Source of the DNA: Haliotis cracherodii
Taxonomy: Eukaryota
Reading direction: 5' to 3'
Length of the DNA stretch: 64,000 nucleotides
NCBI RefSeq assembly: GCF_022045235.1
Contig: NW_027266319.1
Span: forward strand, 59,024,001-59,088,000
Shown here piece after piece: positions 52,201 to 64,000 of this stretch (its first letter is position 1; every line of letters begins with the position of its first letter). Position numbers and translations under genes: made by a program. Below the pieces are notes generated by a model, which was given only the letters and a program-made list of their open reading frames with translations, had not been told where the DNA came from and did no database searches.

Positions 52201-53437
52201 TTCTATTCTCAGCCTTATTAGTGTGTGATTGGGAGAATGTTGTTTTCTGCCACAGTCAGCAAAATTCCAGCTATGCCACATCTTCCTGAGTCAAGGGAGT
52301 TAACTGACTAGTAAAGTTTGCTGAACCAGGCTGGAATTATGGAGTTATTGCTTGGTTGGACTATTGCGTCTATGGAGTTATAGCTTGGTTGGACTATCGA
52401 GTCTTTGCATAGTCCAATCAAAATCACGTAATGAAATAGACATCTGCTTTGTAAACTACCGTGCAGATTTCGGTCGATTGCAGGATTTGAAAAAAACCAT
52501 ATATACCGTCAACTAAGCATCAAGAGATATTTTCCAAATCTTATCATGTTTTTTAATCATGTGCTCATGTAATATGCACTTCGGGAAGTAAGACCCATTT
52601 CATAACAATATAGACTTCACTTGATCAACACGTGTTAAACTGACCACATTGGACGGAATTGTTGAGGAGCACTCTCTTACATGGCAGTGTTTTAGACATG
52701 TGCTGTGAACTTGCTGTGAATTTGACATGATGATAAACTCCAAAATGTCCAGCTAAAAATGTAACAAGGGACCGTCACATTTTTTGCATTTTATCATTCA
52801 CAGTACCCTGAATCCCCAGTTGAAGCACTTGGTAGTCACAAGCTCTTTGCTCTTTCATGAGCTGAGCAACAGGAAATGTTTTTATGTAGTTGAAAGGTCA
52901 GCCATTTTGAATGGCAAAGATTTTTTGCCTGGCAGTTGGAAAGTACAAAACATATGTCAGTGTAAGAACTCTACAAGTGTTAGTATGCAAAACCTGTACC
53001 CACTTCCTCTGCTCATCTCTGCACAAAGGGCAAGAAGAAAGTTTTTTGTTGGGTACGATTAAGAAAAACTGAGAACGTGTGCTCGTTTTGCCTGTCATGG
53101 AACCTATCTTCGCAGACCTAAAAATACCCAGAGCGCTGTTTGACTATTCGTGATTGGTGTTCCCTGCAATGTTGCAATGTAAATGACAGGTGTCAATCAT
53201 GTGTCAATGGGTAGCATGTCATTATTGTGATGAAGGGGGCATTAACAGTTTTCATGGTGTTGACAGGGTCTCATAGTGCATACATTTGCTCGTTATCAAT
53301 GGACTGATGGAAGTATTGGTGCATTGCAACCATCAGGTGTTAAATGATGATCAATAGTTAACATTGATTCTGCAATATACTATTGAGAGTAATAGAATGA
53401 AAACCTACTATTTAATTTACCATTTGTTTTTGCCATG

Positions 53438-54490
53438 GCATCGCAATATTGTATTAACCATTGCAGTGGTTTAATTACCACACCGTAACTATAGCATTGC
53501 AATATTGTATTAACCATTGTAATGGTTTAATTACCACACCGTAACTATAGCATTGCAATATTGTATTAACCATTGTAATGGTTTAATTACCACACCGTAA
53601 CTATAGCATTGCAATATTGTATTAACCATTGCAGTGGTTTAATTACAAACCCATAAATCCTGGTTCACCCCGATTATGTTTCTAGGTTTGTCAGCACCAT
53701 ACCCGTGCTCGTGGGTTTCACCGAAGTGGTAAACATCTGAGACCTGCATCACTTCGGGCTTTCCTCCCTCATTAAGCTGACACGCCGTGATATAACTGGA
53801 ATAATGTTAAAAGCGGTATTAAACCCAACTCACTCACTCACTACAAACCCATAACTATAGCATGGTAATATTGTATTAACCATTGCAGTGGTTTAATTAC
53901 ACGACCGTAACTATAGCATCGTAATATTGTATTGACCATTGCAGTGGTTAAATTATAAACACATAACTATAGCATTACAATATTGCATTAACTGTTGCAA
54001 TGGTTTAATTACCACACCGTAACTATAGCATTACAGTGGTTTAATTAAACCACCATGACTGTGAGTTACATTCAACTTTTATTTCAACAATTCCTGTGGT
54101 TTCATTACGCCACCATTACAATAGCATCGCAATAATGTTTTGATCTTTGCAGTGGTTTAATTAAACCAGCATTTTAACCAATAGCATTACAAAAGCATTT
54201 TAAGTCTATTGCCATAGTTAATTTAAGCCACCAGTTGCATTACAATTACATTTCAACACATGCAGTGTTTTCATTACACCACTACAATATCATCACACAG
54301 AACTGTGGGTTAATTACACAAATGCTACAATAGCATTACAATTACATTTCAACGCATGCAGTGTTTTCATTACACCACTACAATATCATCACACAGAACT
54401 GTGGGTTAATTACACAAATGTTACAATAGCATTACAATTACATTTTGACAAATGCAGTGACAGAGCTATTACAACTTAATCATTGTAGTG
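53438..54490 (+). repeat. 56-bp minisatellite decaying rightwards, with SINE C insertion
   Basis: gcattgcaatattgtattaaccattgcagtggtttaattaccacaccgtaactata; homogeneous units at left, diverged units and a secondary duplication at 54237-54445. Confidence 0.88.
53657..53841 (+). mobile_element. 5'-truncated SINE family C inserted in a 56-bp minisatellite
   Basis: 13-bp TSD tacaaacccataa (53644-53656 / 53842-53854); truncated within the B box. Confidence 0.9.
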
Positions 54491-54499
54491 GTTGAGAGA

Positions 54500-54665
54500 G
54501 AGAGTGAGTGAGTATAGTTTAACGCCGCTTTTAGCAATATTCCAGCAATATCACGGTAGGGGACACCAGAAATGGGCTTCACACATTGTACCCATGTCGG
54601 GAATCGAACCCGGGTCTTCGGCGTGACGAGCAAACGGTTTAACCACTAGGCTACCCGACCGCCCC
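54500..54665 (-). mobile_element. SINE family A copy
   Basis: Near-consensus; further copies at 61804-61970 (+) and degenerate ones at 23255-23400 and 55875-55995 (-). Confidence 0.88.
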
Positions 54666-55989
54666 TGACTTGGTTGAATGGCCTGCAACAATCACCCCCC
54701 TAACCACACAGGTTTTAGGTCCATCTATGCGTTATTGATGAGTGATGAAATTGTTCATTAGAGCTTATGCAGTGCTCATCTGATGTTGATACACCTAACT
54801 AGGACTGGTGTGTCTGTGATTTAGTCACAGCTGTGTCACAGCTGTTGATTAATAGATTGAGACAGCTGTGGTCAGGTGTGATAGACCCAAATACTTGGTA
54901 TACACCTGTGTTAGAACATAGTCATAATGTTATGCCTATGAAATCTTGTATTTTCCACATACATTTCTCTGCTCCCAAAGTTTTCCTGATCTGGAATAGA
55001 ACTGGCTAGACTTGCTCTTTTATATGTTCTAGATTGGTTTTGGTTTCATAAAATACATGACTGACTCTGTGGTAGAGCGTCTGCCCCAAAAGTGGAAGGT
55101 TGGGTTCAATCCCCGGCTGTGTCATACCAACAGACTTTAAAAGATGATACTTGTTGTTACCCTGCCTGGTGCTCAGCATTAAGGGCTAAAACAAAACTCA
55201 CTTACTCATTCACTTCCTCCCACATGAAGCCGAACCACTGCAATATAACTGAAATATTGTTCAAAGTGGCGTAAAGCCAAATTCAGGCACTAAGTCTTAC
55301 AAAAACAACAGATGCATAAATATCCTTGACAATTCCAGCTTTCTTGCTCCAGAAGTGATCAATTTGCCTTGATGCTACGTGTGTTTAAATTAGGGAGTAT
55401 GTATTTCTAACTCTGGGATGAGACAGTGAAACCATGTGTACAATTTATAACACCAAGTATCCTTGATCAAGACAGGATACTTCCGAAAGTGGCTTCTTCC
55501 TGGAAACTGGACAAGCCTTCAAGTGATTCCTCCTTGCGAGCATGTGCTCGGGCAGTCAGAAGGATCTGATTGTATAACATTAATCAGCCTCATATGCAAG
55601 CGTTTGATGGATTAATCTATGTGAGAGTGAGAGAATTCCTCTCTTCATGTGAGACAAACAAGCGGAGGATATAGATTTGTACAGCACATTCGTCTTTTAA
55701 TTATCATTGTACTTATAGTTAATAGTCCCGTGTCGGACAATTCATTATGTCACTGTGCTTGTGATTATGTGAGTCAGCATCACAGCATAGGTCTCCTAAC
55801 TGTGTGTTAAGTAATGTCATTATGTAATTATGATAGTAGGATAATGAGAGAGATACACTTTTCTCTGTATGTTTGTTATAACGCTTTAACCAATATTCCA
55901 ACATTATCACGCTGGAGGGACACAGGTTTTACTCACATCCATGTCAGGAATTGAACCCGGGGCTTTGGCATGATGAGCGAACACTTTAA

Positions 55990-56246
55990 CCACTCCACCA
56001 ATATACTGCTGACTAGTGTTTAAGTCCATGTAACCATTGATGCTAATGTATTGCTAACTGAAGTAAGACCCCATTCCACCACTCTACCAATATACTGCTG
56101 ACTTGTGTTTAAGTCAATGTAACCATTGATGCTAATGTATTGCTAACTAAAGGAAGACCCCATTCCACTACTCTACCAATATACTGCTGACTAGTGTTTA
56201 AGTCCATGTAACCATTGATGCTAATGTATTGCTAACTGAAGTAAAA
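55990..56246 (+). repeat. 89-bp tandem repeat x3
   Basis: accaatatactgctgac at 55997, 56086 and 56175. Confidence 0.9.
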
Positions 56247-56289
56247 CCTCATTCAATAACCGGTGCCACTGTCTGTCTGACTAAAGTAT

Positions 56290-57492
56290 GATTCAACCAC
56301 TTTGACCATGGCATTGCTAGCCGCCTGTCATGTAATGCCTCATTCAACCACTTAGGCCAAGGGATTGCTGGCCGCCTGTCATATAAAGCCTTATTCAACC
56401 ACTTTGACCAAGACATTGCTGTCCGCCTGTCGTGTAAAGCCTCATTCAACCACTTTGACCAAGCCATTTCTGGCCGCCTGTCGTGTAAAGCCTTATTCAA
56501 CCACTTTGACCAAGACATTGCTGGCCGCCTGTCGTGTAAAGCCTTATTCAACCACTTTGACCAAGGCATTGCTGGCTGCCTTTCGTGTAAAGCCTTATTC
56601 AACCACTTTGACCAAGGCATTGCTGGCTGCCTGTCGTGTAAAGCCTTATTCAACCACTTTGACCAAGGCATTGCTGGCCGCCTGTCGTGTAAAGCCTTAT
56701 TCAACCACTTTGACCAAGGCATTGTTGGCCACCTGTCGTGTAAAGCCTTATTCAACCACTTTGACCAAGGCATTGCTGGCCGCCTGTCGTGTAAAGCCTT
56801 ATTCAACCACTTTGACCAAGGCATTGCTGGCTGCCTGTCGTGTAAAGCCTTATTCAACCACTTTGACCAAGGCATTGCTGGCTGCCTGTCGTGTAAAGCC
56901 TTATTCAACCACTTTGACCAAGGCATTGTTGGCCACCTGTCGTGTAAAGCCTTATTCAACCACTTTGACCAAGGCATTGCTGGCCGCCTGTCGTGTAAAG
57001 CCTTATTCAACCACTTTGACCTAGGCATTGCTGGCCGCCTGTCGTGTAAAGCCTTATTCAACCACTTTGACCTAGGCATTGCTGGCTGCCTGTCGTGTAA
57101 AGCCTTATTCAACCACTTTGACCAAGGCATTGCTGGCTGCCTGTCGTGTAAAGCCTTATTCAACCACTTTGACCAAGGCATTGCTGGCTGCCTGTCGTGT
57201 AAAGCCTTATTCAACCACTTTGACCAAGGCATTGCTGGCTGCCTGTCGTGTAAAGCCTTATTCAACCACTTTGACCAAGGCATTGCTGGCCGCCTGTCGT
57301 GTAAAGCCTTATTCAACCACTTTGACCAAGGCATTGCTGGCTGCCTGTCGTGTAAAGCCTTATTCAACCACTTTGACCTAGGCATTGCTGGCTGCCTGTC
57401 GTGTAAAGCCTTATTCAACCACTTTGACCAAGGCATTGCTGGCCGCCTGTCGTGTAATGCCTCATTCAACCAATTGGGCCAAGGCATTGCCT
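56290..57492 (+). repeat. 57-bp minisatellite x21
   Basis: attcaaccactttgaccaaggcattgctggc(c/t)gcctgtcgtgtaaagcctt; homogeneous centre, diverged edges. Confidence 0.96.
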
Positions 57493-58697
57493 CAATGTCT
57501 GGTGCATAAGAAATTGTTGACTGCATGTTTATTGAAACAGCCATTTCTTGTGTAACAATGCATAGTAGACACAAACATGAAAAAAGAACTGTTTTGCCAA
57601 TACCATTTAAACAGTATTCAAACTGAATGACTCTTCAGAGTAAAATGCCAACTGTTTTTGTGTTGTTATTTTTATATTTGATTGAAAAAAACCAGACAAA
57701 ACAGAACATGGAGATATTACTTGTCAAAGTAAAATTTGTCAATTCATCTCAACTGAATATAAATGGGATTTTAAAGGTCACATGTATGTAAGATCAGTGA
57801 GGAAGTTCGCATTACACCACAGAACATGAAAGGTCAGTACTTTGTTTGAAGATATATTGGATATTTTTCATTGTGACAGTGGTTGTTAATTGTCTAACCA
57901 CATGATCTGTCAAGCCTGGGAAACACAAGGTAATACATTTACAAACCAGGGTTGATATTTAAAAACAAATCGGATTGTTGGGTTATGTTAAATGAGAACC
58001 TCGTTTACATCAAGATAGTTTCAGCTGAAAGAAAAATGGCAGTCCAATATCACCACGATCCAAACCAAAATAGGTCTGTGATCAAAGATATTTATGAATT
58101 GACTTCAAAATGTTCACTATTTTTGGCATTTATTTAGGTATGAGTGTGCTGTGTAAATATGTCTAACTTTTACATTTATGCATCCCAAAACATATTCAAG
58201 ACAATTCTTATAAATAAGTCATTGATAATAACTCCACTGACTGCTCCTTTAAACATTAACCCCAAAAGATGTAGAATTCCATGGCATTGTTCAGTGCTTT
58301 GATGATGCTACACGTTATCATCCAATCAGGAAACAGTAATCTAGTGGGTGTGGCCTAATTTGTTTTCGGTTTATGGAAACTTACGAAAAACGGAAAACAA
58401 TTTGCTTGTTTTAGCCAATCAGATGCCATGGAATCACTTGCAAATCATTTATTAAAGGTTTGTTTTATGGTAAGTAGTTTATAGTACACCACTAGGTTCA
58501 CTATGTTTTCTGTTGTAAGCGTGTTTTTGTTCCGCCTAAATTTAGTTCCAACCTGGAAAACATTTCAGGATTAAATACATAAAATTGCAGTGAAAATGTT
58601 CCAACCCTGTAGTGAAAAGTCCTGTTTGATAGGAATGTATATTTACGTGTGTTTATGAGCGATGTTCCTGTGTGTAACGGGCTGAGATACGCAATAG

Positions 58698-58809
58698 ACT
58701 GTAACTGTTCCACACTGTAATATCACTGTAACTGTTCCGCACTGTAATATCACTGTAACTGTTCCGCACTGTAATATCACTGTAACTGTTCCGCACTGTA
58801 ATATCACTG
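58698..58809 (+). repeat. 27-bp tandem repeat x4
   Basis: actgtaactgttccgcactgtaatatc. Confidence 0.92.
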
Positions 58810-60534
58810 GGGTGAGCACTATTGTGGCTTGTGTGTACTCACGATACACTGACTGACTGACTGACTGAAGATGGTAGTATTGTTTTACAGGGAATTATGG
58901 GGCTGAGCAATATGCTAGTTATAGCTCCGGTGGAGTATGAACAGGAGTATGACCTCAAGACAAGGATGAGCGTGGTGATGGTATGGTAGTGGCAGTGATG
59001 TCTATGTTGAATCCACAGGACTTTTGTTTGTTTGTTTGTTTGTTTGTTGTTTAACGGCAAACTCAGCAATATTCCAGCTATATGATATGTAAATAATCGA
59101 GGCTGGACCAGACAATCCGATGATTGAAATCATGAGCATTGATCCATGCATTTGGGATGACATGGATCAACCAAGTCAGTAAGCCTGACCACTCGATCCT
59201 GTTAGTCGGCTCTTAAGACAAGCATGGGTTGCTGAAGACCTATTCTACCCCAGATCTTCGCTAGTTGATTCCGAGGGACTCTCAGTAATGTGTTTTGGGT
59301 TCCCAGGGCTGCTATCTGTGACACTCTTCACTTTATTTGCAATATTTTAATCGATTGAAGAAAGTCGCCCACTGACAACCTGAGCCTTTGTGTGTATTTC
59401 TTACCAGAAAAGAAAAGTCAGTTATATTAGGGCTGGGACGAGTCCAAACTTACAACATGTTACAACCCGACCCTACCCAGGTACCTGATGATTTCCCATT
59501 TTGTACCCTTTAGGTTTTAATGAATGGGTTACCCCAAGTGATGGTGTTCAATAACTGCAACATGTAAGAGATGTGAAGATGTGAATTATTTTCCCTGGTT
59601 TGGTACACAGATCCATCTGAACCTGTCCCGTTCTCTACCACACAAAGTGCAGCCAGAGTCCAATGGCTTGCTCAATAGAACAGCACACCTTTTCCCCAAA
59701 CAATGTGGCACTATGTCAATATGTTGTTGATTTATAATTCTTTTTAAACACAGTAATAAACCATATATTTTGTAGTCAAATTCCATGTAAGCAGAGTAAG
59801 AAGAAATCTGCAAAAGGTCAACACCACAGCAATCACCACTTAGCCAATCTATCCTAGCTGGAACTAAGGCAATGCTGGCTATCCATGGTAAATGAGGGGG
59901 CATATGTTCCTAGTGTCTTGGCGGATGAGAGTGCTCTCCCTTGAGACCAGTTGCAGCTGCTATCTTCACCTAGGTGGCACTGAATACCGGGGTCTTGCTA
60001 GGATACTGCCCTATTGTCATATTCAATTACGAGAGGAGCATTTATCATGTAACTAAGTGCTTTTTTGTAGATTCATATTAGCGAGGATGGCATTTGGCTG
60101 TGTTTGTGGATTGTATTTGTGAAACAAAAGTATCTATATGAGTGTTTATTGATTCTGGGAAGAAGATATTGTAATGCATTGTCATGCTGGAGAAGCCAGG
60201 TCTGCCATCATGATGTTTTCATTATATTTATTTGTCAGAAAACAGTACACACGTTTGTTTATTTCCAAATTGTCTGTGATGGGAATAGAGTATTGAACAT
60301 CGTCTATTCTGTGTGAAAAACTCACATGATTATGCTGTGATCATCTTGTATGTAGCTTTGTGTATCCTGACACAAACGTAAAACAGAGGATGTAATTTGG
60401 GAAGTTGTATAACTGATTTGGAGATATATATTGAATTTGCATCAGAGAAGAACTTGAGAAAACCTTTCTGACATACTTTGTCATCCAAAGTGGTGTCTTT
60501 TGCTAGAACATAATGTAAAATTTAAGACGTCTTT

Positions 60535-61032
60535 TAGGGCTGTGACAAGTCCTGTTTTACTACCCGGGTACCCCCACTCGTATAAAAAGATCTGTCATAC
60601 GTACACTGAAGTTGACTGAAGTTTTAACTTTATTCATACATATTAAGTCTGAAGGAATGTGTGGATAGTCAGAGAGAAATGTGAACATTAGTGACTTGTA
60701 GTGTAAGCATGGAGTTCTACAAAGTCAACACAATTTAGGGATAACAACTTCTTTAATACTGTAAAGGTGACGTTTCGGTATAGATCTGTATACCGTTGTC
60801 AAGCAAGACTAAAACTTTGCTTTACAGTATTAAAGAAGTTGTTATCCATAAATTGTGTCTACTTTGTCATCCGTCAACTTCTAAGTAATGCCTATCAAAC
60901 AATTCATGGATTTGAGATAATTTTTTCCATGAAACAATATATCACGTGACAAACCACGGGTCCGGGTAGTCAGCCTGGGTCCTACAGAGTACACACCGGA
61001 TCCGATTACCCGAGTTGCCCGTCCTAGCCCCA
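60535..61032. mobile_element. Same hAT-type MITE family, opposite orientation, with nested Penelope-like fragment
   Basis: TIR tagggctgtgac / gtcctagcccca; 8-bp TSD acgtcttt / acgtcttc; interior is the reverse complement of 22452-22872. End fragments also at ~7415-7476 and 59428-59530. Confidence 0.85.
60720..60914. mobile_element. Penelope-like element terminal fragment with inverted partial repeat and hammerhead-like core
   Basis: 39-bp inverted arms 60728-60766 / 60820-60858 (1 mismatch). Minus strand of the loop reads cttgacaac-GGTATA-cagatc-TATACC-GAAAC-GTC. Absent from the sister MITE at 22452-22872. Confidence 0.6.
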
Positions 61033-61138
61033 ACGTCTTCAGTGATGTCCTAATACAATATTCTGTTACCTTGATGCTTTACAATAAGGAGAGGGGATTT
61101 CCAGCCAAACTAGTACCCCACCACACGATGATAGTAAC

Positions 61139-61684
61139 CATCTTCCTGAGGCAAGAGCCTAAACTGACTATTAAAGTCCTGTTTCCACCCTTGCCGAATT
61201 AGTCTGGTATTATGGAGTTACAGTTTTGGCTGGACTAACAATACTATGCATAGTCCAATCAAAATCACGCCACAAAATTTAAATCCTGTTCGTAAACTGC
61301 CGTGCAGATTTTGTTGGATTGCAGGATTTGCAAAGCATGTGCACCATCAACTTAATGTCAACAGATATTTTCCAAATCTTTTCATGTTTTTAATTAAGGT
61401 GATCACATTATTTGATTCACTTCACGATGTAAGACCCATTTTATCACAATATATATCTTGATTACTGATTAGATCGTCTTGACTGGGCGCCGCCATTTTA
61501 TTTGAAGCAAATGCAAGTGATATGAGAGGTGGAATCTGATTGGTCCATAGGAGAGGCTTAGAAGGGACATAACTGGTAATAGCCACTGGTGGCACTACGA
61601 TCGTGCCCAGTAATTTCAGCCTAGTTCGGCAAGGGTGGAAACTGGACTTTTAAAGTCGGTTAACTCCCCTGCCTCAGGAAGATG
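61139..61684. mobile_element. MITE with ~70-bp TIRs
   Basis: catcttcctgaggca...ccacccttgccgaa / ttcggcaagggtgg...tgcctcaggaagatg; partial relative at ~52279-52640. Confidence 0.8.
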
Positions 61685-63035
61685 TACATTAACAAAAGCC
61701 CCCTCTAATCAGCATTCTCTGAAATTTGGTCTTTCTGAGAATGTTCCTCTAGACAAACCTAAATTATTATCATTATTTGGCAGCATGAGTATTTCCTAAT
61801 TCAGGAGGGGCAGTCGGGTAGCCTGGTGGTTAAAGCGTTCTCTTGTCAAGCCGAAGAACCGGGTTTGATTCCTGACAGGGGTACTATGTGTGAAGCCCAT
61901 TTCTGGTGTCCCCCGCCGTGATATTGCTGGAATATTGCTAAAAGCGGTATAAAACAATTCTCACTCACTCATAATTCAAGAATTCACAGACAGGCATTTT
62001 AGAGAGTGGAAAAATCTGATACAATGTATTTCAAAACTTTTCAAACACACATGATACTTTGGAAATTGTCTTTGAACTTTTGAATAGCAAGTTGAAACAT
62101 GAAATTTCATTATTCATTTTGAGTGTGTAATCCAATCAAATGTTTGAATCATTTACAAGTCTATGGTGGCATGGTAGCTTCAGTGTGTAGTCCCGACCTT
62201 TCCCAACACTGGGGATTAGGTCAAAGGTCAAGGTGGCAAGGCTTTGACAAATGTCAAATAATGAAATATGATTTTCATTCAGGACATTGAACTAACTATT
62301 GGCTAATTATATGGACAGAAGAGTATGCTGGAGGGCAAGAGAGAGTAAGCGTGAAATAATTATGAGTGAGTGAGTATGGTTTTACATAGGCTTGGGTGGC
62401 CAGACTCCTTGATACATAATAGGACCTTGCTTGTAAAATCAACCACTAATTTGTCTGGCCCTTGCTTGAATATTTACAGGCTGCCATAATATGGCTAAAA
62501 CACTGTAGACAAACTAGATGTTTTTGTTTTCTTGAGTGGTCTCCCCTTGATATGCTCTTGTCGTCATTTTCCTTTGTTGACAGTGAGTGAGTGAGTAAAT
62601 TTGGTCTAACATTGGATTGAACAGGATTTAACTTATACCATGGCATTGTAGCTTGATGTGAGAGGAAAGCCCAAAGTGATGCAGGTCTCAGATGTTTTCC
62701 ACTTTGGTGAAGCCCTCAAGCATGGGTATGGTGCTGACAAACCTAGAAACATAATCAAGAAGAATCGGGGATTCAAACCCACTTTGTTGAGAGTTGAGAT
62801 TGCCTTACTGTGAAGGACATGCAAACAATATACATGTATGAATAATAAGAGCTTTACAAAACAAAACAAAATATTTTTTATTCTCATCCTGCTGTCATTA
62901 GACCAATGATTGATCAGGCCACTGTTCCATCACTCCCTGTGTCAGCCATTAGTGCTTGAATTGTCAGCTACGAATGTTGTTAACAGGAAGTAATGTGCTC
63001 ATTTAATGTTGTGCTAATCATATCACATGGCACCT

Positions 63036-63590
63036 GACCGGTGAAGATCCGGGGTAGAATAGGTCTTCAGCCACTCATGATTGCCCTAAAAGGGACCCAT
63101 GAAGATCCGGGGTAGAAAAGGTCTTCAGCCACTCATGATTGCCCTAAAAGGGACCCATGAAGATCTGGGGTAGTATAGGTCTTCAGCAACCTATGCTTGC
63201 CCCTAAAGGGACCCGTAAAGATCTGGGGTAGTATAGGTCTTCAGAAAAAAACAACATGGTTGCTGTAAAAGGCGACTATGCTCATCATAGAGGCGACAAA
63301 CGAGGTGCTCAGGTTCGCTGACTTGGTTGATGCATTTCATCGTATCCCAATTGCATGGATCGATGCTCATGATATCAATCACTGGATTGTCTAGTCCAGA
63401 CTCAATTATTTACAGACTGCTGTCATATAGCTGGAATATTGCCGAGTGCAGCGTTAAACAACAAAACATGGAATCCATGGTTACAATTCGTCTTCAGCCA
63501 AAGGTCAATGCTCATGATATCAATCACTGGATTGCCTGGTCCAGACTAGATTATTTACAGACCGCCATCATAAAGATGGGATATTGCTTA
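63036..63590 (+). mobile_element. SINE family B copy with four tandem 58-bp heads and a duplicated tail
   Basis: Head starts at 63036, 63094, 63152 and 63210; body runs to ~63468; second tail segment at ~63505-63590. Confidence 0.85.
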
Positions 63591-64000
63591 AAGACAGATG
63601 TTTTAGTGCTGACTTTAAAGCTGCCTGCCAGGAGATTGCCGTGATGGAAATTGGTAGATTATTCTATTGAAGTGCAGCAAGCGTCGGATTGAGAGACTGT
63701 GTAAGAAGGCGTTTTCAAACGTTCCCATGTACCACTGACATTCACGCAGAAAGGCTTGTACGGAATGTAACTTATTGGTACAGAAAATGTGCTAAACATG
63801 TCTTAGTCTGGTGGGGGTGTATATCAGGTATCCATCCACGGAATCTCGTTAACAGGTGTGCCCAGGTCATGGATTTCGTACATCCCTGGTTATATGCAGA
63901 CTCCTGTAGCCCGGAAACAACCCAGGCTTTTTTTACATGTTAATGTATATTTCAGTTCCATTCTAACCCTTGTTTTTGACAAGTTGTAGGATATTCTATC

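Noticed and set aside
55321-55340. TCCTTGAC branch-like motif as the U12 3' end
   Set aside because: Followed by AG rather than AC, and the downstream sequence does not encode IS1 (early stop).
56249-57574. 441-aa ORF with 19-aa repeats
   Set aside because: It is a 57-bp (3n) minisatellite; the track also forces TTG codons to M. Antisense within an intron, no domain, and overlapping ORFs on the other strand.

Overview
AT-rich, intron-dominated animal genomic DNA, most likely a mollusc (gastropod, possibly abalone; inferred from the SINE complement). Two genes sit head-to-head around a CpG-rich stretch at ~18.7-19.9 kb. On the minus strand is DCP1 (mRNA decapping enzyme regulatory subunit): coding exon 1 at 19015-18896 and the 41-nt exon 2 at 2925-2885, with the rest left of the window. 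On the plus strand is an L-type voltage-gated calcium channel alpha-1 gene (Cav1, CACNA1C/D-like): a probable 19-nt first coding exon at 19497-19515 and a large N-terminal exon at 29391-29769. That exon carries an NSCaTE-like motif plus a downstream Met and ends at a minor-spliceosome AT-AC donor (ATATCCTTT); the intron appears to run past the window end (>34 kb). The rest is intronic: at least four SINE families (several copies with clear TSDs), hAT/P-like/Tc1/Harbinger-like MITEs, Penelope-like terminal fragments with hammerhead-like cores, and about 15 tandem arrays, including a satellite born from a SINE-into-SINE insertion. Nearly all long ORFs in the supplied track are tandem-repeat artefacts. 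All calls were made by eye; repeat boundaries without TSDs are approximate.
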